Assembly: GCF_964204645.1 (NCBI RefSeq)
Contig: NC_134031.1
Location: 6,696,001 to 6,760,000 of the forward strand
Direction: 5' to 3'
DNA length: 64,000 nucleotides
From: Tubulanus polymorphus
Taxonomy: Eukaryota; Animalia; Nemertea
Made by a program: the position numbers and the translations under genes. This document shows, piece after piece, positions 49,417-61,808 of this stretch. Below the pieces are notes generated by a model, which saw only the letters and a list, made by a program, of their open reading frames with translations, had not been told where the DNA came from and did not search any database. How positions within the stretch are numbered: position 1 is the stretch's first letter; the number at the start of each line of letters is the position of its first letter.

Positions 49417-52400
49417 ATGAATGAAATGGAAAGTATCAAGACGGAAGACGCCTCAAACCTGCAGAATTTTGATGGCTCTAAGAAACGTTCATTGTCGCCA
49501 ACAATGGAAGCTGATGATGAGGTAAAACATAAAAAAGCCTAGATAATGACAACTTTCTTCTCTGACTCTGCTCATACTTATACCGTCCTCCAACAACGCA
49601 CTGGGCAGGGGCTTTTTTATGTGTGATGGGGAGCAAAATCAAAGGTTTTACTCGGTAGGCCTTCTCTCAGCAGAGGCTTAAACGTGGTATTGCCATATAA
49701 TTATCCATGTTTTTTAGTCGCCAACAAAATGTCAGAAATTGTCCGATGAAACCGGCAAACCAAAAAAGAGAAGAAGTTTTATAGCTGGCCGACGATCAAC
49801 AATTAACTTTCCTCTTCCCGGTAATGGTTTTAACACATACCGATATCCTTCAAAGTAATTCTTCTAGAAGTTTATGGGATTTTTGGTCGTGATATATTCA
49901 CTGTTTTTCAGATTTAGAAGACATTCATTCTCAGAGCGAGGAAAGCGAATCGGAGAAACCGAAGAGGTAATTTAACTGTCAATCCCCCCTGTACCTGTAA
50001 CTCAAACCCAGCTTGCCTCAGATCCTCGCCGACCAATTCAATTTCTCTAGACGCAAGTGAATCCCCGAGCTATCGGAGGGATGAGGGTTTGTCATCATAT
50101 ATGAATTAGAGTTCAACAATTCAAAAAGTTTTCGCTGAATTATGCATTAATCTTAGGCAATCGGCTCCATGGTGAGCGGAGGCTATTGTGTCCACTTTGT
50201 AAAACAGCCATCAACTTTAATTGGTATTCACTGACAAAAAAATGGCAATTTCGTCCGTCTGTCTTCATCCATATGGGCCTTTTCGTCTTCTTGTTCTGAG
50301 ACTTGGACATTTCTTTTTCGTCTCATAACTAGTCAAAATGAACCCCCGATATACTGTCTATATCACGAAGATCCTAAATGTGAGCAGATTATCAGCAGTT
50401 GACTGTATTAATTTTTTTCCTAACTTTTCTTTTTGATTTGATATCTTTTTCAGAGTTCTTCTTCCAAATCCAATAAACGAACAGACCAAGGAAGCGGCTA
50501 AATGCACTGAGGCTGATATTCAAAGGTGCTTATTAGTTACTCCATCATTCAGTCCTTATCGTGTATCTGGCTATGAAAATGTTCACCTTGTTCCGTCTGT
50601 AGGTTTCAAAACGAATGCGATGAGTGGAAGAGAGTTTTGGACGGATTTATTCAGAAAGTTGAAGAATTAGAAAAGTAAGGAAACTAACAGGGCGATACAG
50701 GCGCAGACTCCGCACAGTGCAGTAGCGTTGGAACTGTAGGGCAGGGGCTGCAGTTGCTTAAAAATTTACCAGTGGATAGTTGACATAGTGAAGATTTTAA
50801 GTTCATTGTTACTATTGTATTTATCCGCTGGTTTAGGTTATCTTTAACCAACTTGAGCGACCGGTCCCAGGTTTCGAGTGAACACAGGTTAAAAAGTAGC
50901 AAAATGTAGTGAATTACAGTAGAATCTGCTTAATTTGGATTATTCACCATCCCTGTGAAGCTGGCTCCCGGTTCCCGGTTCCTTATTCGGCTCCCGATTC
51001 AAAATGCTGTTGAACCGGGAGCCGAATCGGGAACCGGGAACCGGGAGCCGGCTACTGGTTCAGCTCCCGATTCAAAATGCTTTTGACCCGGGAGCCGAAT
51101 CGGGAACCGGGAGCCGGCTACTGGTTCAGCTCCCGATTCAAAATGCTTTTGAACCGGGAGCCGAATCGGGAACCGGGAACCGGGAGCCGGCTACTGGTTC
51201 AGCTCCCGATTCAAAATGTGAAGCTGGCTACTTATTCGCCAGGTGGCGCTGGTGTACACTGTGCTGTAGTCCAGACATTTTACGTAACTATGTCTACTCT
51301 GCTGATAAACAAACTCGACCTCGACCTTGACAAGAAATCGCCAGGTGTGGCGCGAGCCAATCCAGACGTCTAAACACGATTGCGTATGCGACCGCGAGAC
51401 TCGCGGTCGCTATACGTCAGTAAGCTGCGTCTATTAATAACATAACTTGGTTTAAGAACGTGTGTATTGCTCGGTCGTTTTTCTCGTCACCGAATTGACT
51501 TCTTCATATGTTATTCGCCTCTAATCATTTAATCAATAAACCATCGATTGTTCCCGAGCTATAGGGTATTGATTAGTCAGCACTGAAAGGGTTAACAAGA
51601 GAGAAAGTTTCTAACGAAAGTTATCGAATCCCCAAGACAACAATATCTGCAAGCCCATGAAATTGTAAGATATAAAATAAACAGACGCTTCTGCCTACCG
51701 TATAAATCACCCTTCATGCAGGGTAAATCCATTGTCGAAGATGAAAAAACTATCACTTCAATATTCTATTAAACTTAATATTTTCCTATCTATCAAATTC
51801 CATAGAAAACATAAAAGAACATTTTTCTCATCCCTAAACCGAAAATAGCTTGAAATGAGAGCGCACACAAAATTCTAATCCAATAGTTACCACGGCTGCA
51901 TGGTAAAACAGTGAGACCACTAACATTGGCGCAGAGATAAGATGGTTGTTTAGACGTCTCAATTGCAAAATGTGAAGCTGGCTACTTATTCGATTCGACT
52001 CTATTGCGGACAGCAGGTAAACATAATTACGTAACTATGTCTGCTGAAATGAGTGCAACCTTGACCTCGGCCACCAGGCTAATCGAGACCTGAATTAACA
52101 CCACGCGTGTGACGATTTCCTCCCGATTCAAAATCATTTTGAATCGGGAACCGGGAACCGGCTACTGGTTCCCGGTTCCCGGTTCAAAACCATTTTGAAT
52201 CGGGAGCCGAACCGGGAACCGGGAACCGGGAGCCGGCTACTGGTTCAGCTACCGATTCAAAAACATTTTGAATCGGGAGCCGAATCGGGAACCGGGAACC
52301 GGGAGCCAGCTTCACAGGGGTTTATTCACCTGGGTTAAGGATCATTCATTTATTTCGTACGCGTAAGATTTGAATTTTTCAACCCCCCCTACACAAAATC

Positions 52401-54458
52401 GGCCGTTTTTTCATAAACATAAAGCATTACAGTACGCAATTGCACTGACCCATCCCCCTCCCCTAATACATACGTTATAAATGAATGACCCCTTACGGAA
52501 AATCCGGATTAAAAGTCATTTTCTTTTATATTAATGAACTAAATATGGACTGCAAATATTGTCCGGATTAGACCAAAATCCGGATTGAGCCGATCCGGAT
52601 TAAGCGGGTTTGGTACTGGTCGTCTTCTATCAGGTTGAAACCACGTAATTCCAAATCAGGTAGTGTATTTCTGGTCTTAATGAACGTGCCGAATGAACGT
52701 TCCAGGATCGGTAGTACTAGTGACCAATCAACCCCTGCCCAAATATCTCACCTGGAAAGAGTGGATATCCGTTATCAATCACGGGCTGCAAGTGCTCAAA
52801 AGTTGGTTAGAGTTAACCAGTCGATACAGTATTAAAAGTTCATCGTTACTATAGTTTTATCTGCCGGTTATCTTTAACTGTCTTTTAAGCAAATGGCAAT
52901 TTAAGTTTCCCAGACTGGAGCATTCGTCTAATTCGGAATGATCTTTTTAAGGGATGGAGAAAAAACGCGTTTAATTGCGGAGAAACCGCAATCGCTGTCA
53001 ACATTACAACAGAAATGGTTGGACAATCGGCCGAATTACGGAGATAAACTGGATAAACTGAAGTCTAATTTCACTAAATTAGATGTTACGGTAAGTGTGC
53101 CTTGTCTTTGAAATTATCGTCCTGCCAACACTAAATGAAATCAGCAGGGATTTTCATTTAGTGTTGGGACTTTTAAACAAGACAGCGTAAAATCGATGAT
53201 CGCCGAGCTAAACTTTTTGTAGGGGTTTTGTTTTTAACCCAATGAGAAATGAAAAATGAGCCGAATTATATCGCGCGATCAGAAGCATCATTGACGTAGA
53301 GGGTTAGCAGATTTTAAACAGGTTCGCTGATTACGAGCCGGTGGCAAACATGTTAGGGAGGGTTTATTTTCAGAAGGGTAGTGCCGGCTCTTAAAAACCG
53401 CTTATGGAGGACACTGCGTCTCTTATCGATAAGCATTTTGAATGTGTGTTAAATTATTTCAGGTGCAGTGCGTGAAAGCAAAAATAGATCAAATGAAAGT
53501 TTACGCAGGCGTCGTAGACAACTACATACAATCTGTCTCAACAAATTTCAGTGAGTTCATGTGATCTATTATGATCAATTACAAGTTTAGGGGCCTTGCA
53601 TAAAGCACAGGGGTAGGAGTGAGTTCAAAGCGTACATACTTTTCTAAGGGGTAGTGTTAATGTACATGTAGTATGTACTTTGTGCACGAAACACAGTGAT
53701 TTTTACAAATATGCCCGATATTTGTTGGGATTTCCCAGGAATCCCACTCAAGGTCTATCACTTCGTCGATATTACGGTACATCGTTGTCGTTTAGTCGAT
53801 ACAGTACATCGTTGTCATTCTGGTGAATGCTAGTGAATTTGGCTTTCTTTAAACTGTGGATCCTGAAAAATTGGGGGAGGGGGTTATAGATACCCGCAAC
53901 ACAAGCGTACGTACGTCCCTTATGCACGGCCTCGTAGTCGATGTATTTCAACAGGGTCCCTACAGTTCAGTATGATCCGCGATACAGATTTTTCATGGAG
54001 ACAATTTCAAATTTTGTGGAAGCTTCTGCATCACTTTCATATCACGGATACTGTTTATCTCAGTTAACCATTAATTTGGTGGTTTTGTAAGCTATTTTTA
54101 TCCTTTACACTACTAAACTCAAGTTCTAATTTGGTAACCACCTAATTGAGTGAAGAAAAATACTGGTAGTGCCAACAGTACCGATTTAGGCGTAATTAAC
54201 CGTAAAACTACAACAAATTTCTAATTGCCCATATCTCAAAACTGAATGAATTTTATTAAAGGAGATTGAAGTACCTTTAAAAGCATTTTTGCTTAGAGAC
54301 AGTTTTAAGGAATCTAAGAGTTGTAGGGAACTTGTTCTTAAAACTATCAATCAATTTGAATTCTTGATTTTTCAGAAAATGCTTTGGTCGATGGCGAAAT
54401 CGACGATCCGAAAAGTCTAATAAGCAAGATATGCAAAAATCCCGAACAATCGTCATAA
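49417..54458 (+). CDS. DSN1: Kinetochore Mis12-complex subunit DSN1-like, multi-exon
   Basis: Spliced by hand: KKRRSFIAGRRST basic motif; PNPINEQ..RFQNECDEWKRVL; QKWLDNRPNYGDKL; C-terminal DDPKSLISKI. GT-AG junctions. Confidence 0.6.
50949..52321. mobile_element. Non-autonomous MULE-like element in a DSN1 intron
   Basis: Long TIRs CCCTGTGAAGCTGGCTCCCGGTTCCCGG, 9-bp TSD TTATTCACC (50940-50948 and 52322-52330), GGGAACC subterminal arrays. Confidence 0.85.
52339..52492. mobile_element. Tourist-like MITE; second copy at about 57032-57191
   Basis: GGATCATTCATTTAT / ATAAATGAATGACCCC termini. Confidence 0.7.
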
Positions 54459-54570
54459 ATCGATTCAACATTAATTTTTTGCAATGATGAGATGGAATTT
54501 TATATTGCATGTTTTTATATTTGATTTAAATATTTACAGGTATTTACAAAAAAAAACAAAATCGATCAGT

Positions 54571-55588
54571 TTATTTCGTTTTTTGTTTTGTTTTTCTGTT
54601 CGTCATCAGCACAACGCCCAAGACCAATCCTGAAATGAAAAGTTGGTCTCCTAAGGCTTTATCTCTGACCTGGTTTATGTCATAGTCCATTATCAGTTCA
54701 TTTTTGATGATTGAAAGAGATGCCTGAAGTGGGATTGTGGAATGTCATTGATAATGTGCCTGGAACAATTTACTTTGTAAGTATCTTTTGAACTGCGGTG
54801 AATCTAAAAAGATGTGTGAGAGATGTTGCTGCCTTCATAAATTATCATAAACCACGTTTTCATAGCCAATCATGCCACAGTTTTTTGTCACAGAGTATTT
54901 TAACTAATCTTTAGTTGAACTACTGTAGATCTAGGGTGGAGGTCAGTGTCATCACAGAGGACCGGTACACTTACCTACAACACTTAGGACAGCAATACCG
55001 GCAATAAGAGGAATAGCTATTGCGTAGATTCGTGGCAGGAAAAACCGATGTATAACATGTTCGTTATCGACAAATGGCTGCAAAATAGAAAAGCTGTAGA
55101 TAATTATTTGCAACACAAAAATGTCATCAGAAAAGGATGACGTGATGCCAGTGCTCACCAAAGCGATGACCCATATCGTGTAGTAACTGAAGATAAGACC
55201 TGCTAATCCAATCATGGATAGGCCTACCAGCTTATCAATTCCTGATGAGGCAACCTAGCAAAATAAATTGAAACTGGGTTGTATTTAAGCGGTTTGCGTG
55301 TCACTGGACCCAATGAATAAAACCATTATCAATGACCAACTCCAGCATCCCTGTATGAAAGAAAAAAAATTAGGTTTTTTTTATTAATGCAGGAATAGTC
55401 GAGATGGTCAGAGATATTGGTTTCATTCATTCACTATCACCGTCAGGTGCTGCCGCCTGGCGATAAATCCCGACACCGTGGTATTGGACTCGCTTTAAAT
55501 TGGCCAGTTTTTAAATCTTCCTCATCGTATCGCCACTTACTGATACATAAGAATAAGTCGATAAATATTTTACGTGATCGCTTACCAT
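54571..55588 (-). CDS. DPM2: Dolichol-phosphate mannosyltransferase regulatory subunit 2
   Basis: ATG-only first coding exon, then VASSGIDKLVG..FSYYTIWVIAL | PFVDNEHVIHRFFLPRIYAIAIP | GLVLGVVLMTNRKTKQKTK*. Confidence 0.92.
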
Positions 55589-55947
55589 AGTTAATGAATC
55601 TAGTTGCGCTCAAATGCTCAGATTTCAAGTCGAAAAGCCACACACCGGTCGCCTACCTTCGTTACCACCTAGCGGGAAAGCTACGCACTATCATACATTG
55701 CGGTGCAAAAATCTACTCCAAATACTAACTCGAAGACATGTCGCATGTTGCTCTAGATGTCATTTATTTATATTAATATAAATCTACAAAAATATTCAAT
55801 AACAATAAATGAAGCCACAGTCTTAAAAACAATATAATAACATTGAAAAAAGTTCATAATTGAATCATTGAAAGCATAGTTTTCCCTTCTACGCCCAGAT
55901 CGATCATAACAGTTTGCATTCGACTCCCAAAACCATCAACGAAAAGT

Positions 55948-58900
55948 TCACTGCCGATTTGGTTGAGTATAGTTTTCACTATATTCGGGTATTTTGTCCA
56001 ATATTTTTCTAGCGATTTCCATATACGCAAGTGACTGAAAATATAGAACATTCGCATTGTGATATTGTAGCTGTACTGGACTGAAGTTTTGACAAGATAA
56101 GACTCAGCCAGGAATTTGTTTACCCAAACTCTAGAAGCTTCAAAATATTGTCTAACTTTGAAAGAGATCTAAAGCCTAAAATTTTTCAAAAACTCCCCAT
56201 ATCGGTTATTCCTGGATCGGCCTATAAGGAGTTTTCAACGAACAAATTTCAAGCAAGTGCATCTGCATCACTTTCATATCCAAACTACTGTAGACTCTTT
56301 CTAAATCGGTACTGTTTATCTCGGTAAACCATTAATTTGGTAGTTTTGTAAGCAAACTTAAGCTTATATCCTTAACACAACAACCTTTATGTCTAGATCA
56401 GTAACCTTCTATTTGGATAAAAAAATCCTGGTGAAGTCTACTGTAAATTTCTAATTGCCTATTCCTAAAAAATGAAGGAGTTTCTGACATTTTGCTCAAA
56501 TGAAATTAATTTCAAACAATTTAAAAAGCATTTTCTGTTAAAGTAATCAAGAAGTTGTACCGGTAACGAGGTACCCTGTCTTTATCTCAAGGCCAAGCTT
56601 CAATTACCTGAGGATCATCTGGTTCAGATACGACTATCGGCTTGCCTTGATCTGAAGTTTCCCTGATGTTAATACTGAGAGGTATATCACCTATAAAATC
56701 AAATATATCAAAAATATCAGTAGAGCCTCATTAAAACAAACTTCCAGGGACCAGAAAATCTGCAGGACCCAGTTGCACAGTTCTGAGTAAAATATGACTC
56801 TAAGAGTTAACTCATAGAAAATCAACTAACTTTATAAAGTTAGTTGATTTTCTATGAGTTAACTCTAGAGTTAATTAACTCTTGAGTTAACTCACAACTG
56901 GGGAACCAGGCACTCTTTATTATCAGGGTGGCCACTTTTTTGAGTTGCTTTTCTACTATTCCCCGACATGCAAGTTGTTTGCCCCAACTTGATCTGCTAA
57001 GAATCCAATCAATTTATACAGTCAAATATGTAGGGATCATTCATTTATTACGTACGCATAAAATTTGAATTTTTCAACCCCCCTCCCCCTCTGTACGTAA
57101 AAATTTTTTCATATACATTAAGCATTACAGTACGCAACTGCACTGACCCCTCTCCCCTCCCCTAATGCGTACGTAATAAATGAATGACCCCGTAACACAA
57201 AGATAGATGGAAACTGGTGATTTTACGCCACAATCCAGCCATCTCAACAAATTTCCATTACTTTTCTCTGATTTTTAGCTTTTTATTTAACAAATTTCAC
57301 GGACTTTCTAAAGAAAAGAAACTTCCCAGACTTTCCCTGATTTCCAGGTTAGTGGCCACCCAGATTATGATCATATCCAGTATGAAATTATTGAAATTGT
57401 CCCATTAGGGGGGGAAATTCTAAGATAGTTATGATGACCGATAAATCGTTACATCCGTGGTCATTTCATACAGGTTCAACTCGAACCTGTATGAAATTAC
57501 CACGGATGTATAACTGTATAACTCCTTTGATAGATAAGATAATTCACTCAAACAGCACAACTTCTAATTTTGAGACGTTCTCACCCAAAACGTTCACGCC
57601 CATTTCTTTTCCGAGTTTCGAAGCTCCATCGACGCCGAAAATGTGTTCTTCGTGGCCGCAGTTTCTACACCGGTATAAACTCATATTCTGTACGATTCCG
57701 AGTATAGGAACGTTAACTTTACGGAACATTTCGGTTCCCTTTCGAGCGTCTAACAACGCGATGTCTTGCGGTGTCGTTACTATGACGGCGCCTAAAAAAT
57801 GAAGCGGAACTTCTCTGATAATGAACTCGCTTAAGCGCGGCACTGAGAAACACGGAAACACGAGACAGAAACCTGTTTCTGAATGCTCTCTTGGTCACGT
57901 GCGTTATGAAACATGATTGATTCCATGTTTCTCGTGTTTTGTGTTTCCCGGTGCCGTGTGTATTTGGCTTTAGATTACAAAGGGTCTAAACTAGGGGTCC
58001 AGGGACACTATGCCCACTTGGGAAATGGTTTGAAATGCTCAACGATCTAACAATTTAAATATTCAGCGCCCCCAGGTACAAATATAAGTAGACAAATTGA
58101 ATATGAGATTCAGTATTTAACTACTCCCCTGGAGGAAAGAACAAAAATTTGGTGATCCCAATTCAATGCGAGATCTATCCTATAACGGTGCTCATGATAA
58201 TCAAATATCGACGACAAGACTATCGTTAAAAGCTTGGTTTTGGTTTTTTCCTCCTAAAACCTTTTCCACCTACGAACGAGGACTGATGACACTAATGCCT
58301 AACTCGGGTTGCACTAAGATCCGAACGGTTCGTCTGCGATTCGGTCTGAGGAACACCCGTGTCGCATCGCAAGGTCGAGTCACCGATTTGGCCAAGAGTC
58401 GTTAGTTGGATCTTCGTACAGATGTTGATTTTCGTACAGAAAAATTCACGAATTTCTCGTCCCAGTAATAGATATATGTAGAAATTAACCACATAGTTAC
58501 ACACTTGAAACTGAGTGAAAATGTCTAATAGAACTTCTCTCTGTTGCGGGGGGATTGGTAAATATGTAGTAATAGTGGTTGGAAGTGTGAATATTGCAAA
58601 TGCGAGTGAAACTGTTACAAGCATTATCGTTGTGCGTTTCGATTTTGTAGTTTTCTGATCGGACGAAACCATTTTTGAACCTCTGAATAACTGAACTATT
58701 ATCATAGAATTTGATAGAATTATCAAAGTTAAAGGTAGGAGATAGACGTGGACAACAATGATGGTGAAATACGTTATTTGGTCAAATAATTCATAATAAC
58801 ATCCGAAAAACTGGTTGGAAAAATGTAACGACAAAGTTGGTAGAAGGTATAGAACCAGTGCATTCACTGCAGTAATTATAACTGTAGCAAATCGAGCGAA

Positions 58901-61808
58901 TCTCGGTGTACATATCAAACGAGATGTGAACGGGAAGAGCACAACTGCCGCACGTTCTAGAGATATGGCTACTATTAACCACGCACTGTTGCAGGCTACA
59001 AGATTCATTATCAATTCATAGATTTGACAACTGATCAGTGAATTCATGATGAATATCGGACCATCTTTAATGTGGAAGAGAACGAACTGTATAACAGGCA
59101 TCAGCGTAAAATTGATGCAGAACATAGAATCACAGACTGTCAAAACAATAAGATAGTTAGCATAAGATAAACTGCGGAATCTGCGGCTTATCATTATTAG
59201 GAAAGTGGCTGAATTTCCAAATGCCCCCAACAGGAACACTGTAGGCAGAATGACTAGTGACACAGTAAGGTAGATTCCAGACCTGCTCACCACCGACATG
59301 AGAACGATATAACTGTTATAAGATCTGCCGATTTGCATCTGAGTAGAATTCATGATTCATGAGGATCAAATGAGCGTATACTGACCGTCTGAGAGTGTAC
59401 AGACTGTCTGAGAGTGTATAGTCTGAGAGAACAGACTGTGCGAGAGTGTACTGACTGTGTGAGAGCCTGCTGACTGACTGACTGTGAATGTTCTGAAACT
59501 GACCGGGTTTTTTCGCGTAATGGAAAATTCATTTCTCTTTGGTATGAAGATATTCAGTCCTTACTACAATTCATTTGTTTCAGTCCTTACTTCAATTCAT
59601 TTGTAAGATTCATTCTTAACAGCGAATAGAAAATCAACTCTCATACACAAATCTTACACGATTTACATACGATTTTGTGAAGGTCTATCATTGTGTGAAA
59701 TATAATTATGTAACTGAATTAAATATAAATCTATGTTGCACAAGAATTCATTGTAAATGGTGAAATATATTAATAGTAATAGATCTAAACAGGTTGTAAA
59801 ACGTTATTCCATAGAAAACGTACGGTAATTCTATACTGTATTATTCTATACTATATTGCTTATGCTAACTCCATAATTGCTAACAAAGTTTAACCAAAAA
59901 CTGGGCATGTGAGATGAATCCTACGACAGTTATAACATTTATCAAATATGAAGACAATAAGTGAAAAACCTGTCGATAATTTGCTCAAAAACCTCTTACA
60001 CATGAAATGCAAATAAGGACTGATGACACCAAGATAGACGCCAATTTGCATCATGCTTGACAGATCGAAAGATCTGTCTGATATGTTGTTTAAGATGTGT
60101 CTTGGGTAGATACATGTATAAACTAAATGTCAAGACAATCCATTTTGAAGTGTCTTCAAAACTTCCCAAAATAACTGGATTCGGTCTATGCACGGACGGA
60201 CGGACGAGGGACGAAAAGTGAATGCAATAGCCTGCTGGGACTAGTCCCAAGTGGGCTAAAAACCGGATTAACCTCATCGGTCCCTAACCATCCGAATCTA
60301 AAAAGCGAATTCTACCGTAGTAGTCGACTTGCCATTTATAGGTATATTTTGTGATAGAGAAAGCTGCGTATCTCCGGTTCCGGGAGGCATATCTACGATT
60401 AGATAATCCAACGGACCCCACAATACTTGACGTATCAACTTCTGTATTGCCTGCATCACCATTAAACCCCTCCAAACTACAGGCGCATTGTCTTCGACCA
60501 AAAATCCCATCGACATGCTAGAAAACCGAAAAATAACAGCAATTCAAAAACTCAATGCGGTCTAACTTCAAATTTGCTCATTATTTAATTCTTACCATTT
60601 TATTCCATAATTCATAAGAGGTTTCATCAAATTTTCTAGAAAAAAAGAAGGTTTTTTTTGTAAATATTACTCAAAAGTTCAATTGTTTTCCACCCGTGTG
60701 GGAATTCACGTATTCACCTAATTATTGCAGCATTCACCTGAATTCACCTAATATTGCAAGACTGACTATCATACTAACAGAATGGTGCGTTAAGAGGATA
60801 AGCCAATCACAAATTGTGTTTCACGTGAAATATTTGCCCCACTAGAGCAAAAACGAAGGGGAATGTGATTGTGCCCTGTAAATTTATGTGCTGTGAGAAT
60901 GATTAAATTCAACAAGGAAAATTTGTTTCGCATTCTTACGTGGGTTCAGTTCAGGTCGTCCCGATAAATTCATCATTTTCGGTATCGAAGGTCCGTAAAC
61001 ATCTGCGTCCAATAATCCAACAGTTTTACCTTCATCCTGAAATTACAATGGAATACATGCCGCTACACGCATACAGTTGACCCTTTTCTTTAATTTCTTT
61101 GAGCAACATTCAAGTTGGATGGCACAGTATATATCATTCCCGTAAGGTTACAAAATTTAGATCTACAAAATGTGGAACTCGTAATGTTAAGCCCAAAACA
61201 CACACAGCTAAACATTTGTATCTTCAAAGAACAGAAAACACGTTTTTCAAAAAGACGTTGAGTTTTACCCATAAACGATAACACGTTCAATTTCGAACAT
61301 TTCGGCAAAACGAAAATGCGTAGAAAACTGTTCTTGCACAATCGATGCATTCAGTAATTCAACATCATTTTTGTGTCATGTCACGTAAAGCGATGTGGAT
61401 ATTTAGCAAAACTACACGAAACATCCAACGCACACGGGACTAAAACTGTTTTCTACACATAGGGTTTTTCGCGAATTAAGCACCGCAATTTTCGTGTAAA
61501 AACGTTTTTCTATTCGGCGTTTCTGTTTTGACTTCAACGCTCACGGCGAAACAAAACATTTCACGAGGAAAAACCGTTTTGCCTTGCCGTGTGCGTTGGG
61601 CTTTTTATACTGCAAAACTGGCTTATTTAGTGAGAATCTACGCACCTTGACTAGATCGTTAATACTCAGGGCAATATTAACAGCGGTTGTTGATTTTCCT
61701 ACTCCGCCTTTCCCAGACGCTATCACGATCACTTGTTTGACTCCAGCTATGGGAAACTTGACCGGTAAACCTCGCCTCGCCGCTGGATTTTCATTATTAT
61801 TCAGAGCC
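55948..61808 (-). CDS. NUBPL: Mitochondrial Fe-S assembly P-loop ATPase NUBPL/Ind1; 5' exon(s) not resolved
   Basis: [15 protein letters not shown] | [13 protein letters not shown] | [21 protein letters not shown] | [13 protein letters not shown] | GDIPL..SDQGKP | [11 protein letters not shown]. Confidence 0.93.
58292..59353 (-). CDS. Intronless rhodopsin-class (peptide receptor-like) GPCR nested in a NUBPL intron
   Basis: 353 aa with 7 hydrophobic segments: GN (TM1), LTVCD (TM2), SLER (TM3), FTLP (TM6), NYVVNFYIY (TM7). Confidence 0.9.
   Translation of the reverse strand: MNSTQMQIGRSYNSYIVLMSVVSRSGIYLTVSLVILPTVFLLGAFGNSATFLIMISRRFRSLSYANYLIVLTVCDSMFCINFTLMPVIQFVLFHIKDGPIFIMNSLISCQIYELIMNLVACNSAWLIVAISLERAAVVLFPFTSRLICTPRFARFATVIITAVNALVLYLLPTLSLHFSNQFFGCYYELFDQITYFTIIVVHVYLLPLTLIILSNSMIIVQLFRGSKMVSSDQKTTKSKRTTIMLVTVSLAFAIFTLPTTITTYLPIPPQQREVLLDIFTQFQVCNYVVNFYIYLLLGREIREFFCTKINICTKIQLTTLGQIGDSTLRCDTGVPQTESQTNRSDLSATRVRH

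Noticed and set aside
51004-51373. Repetitive ORFs (NREPGTGSRLL..)
   Set aside because: They are translations of subterminal repeats of the MULE-like element.
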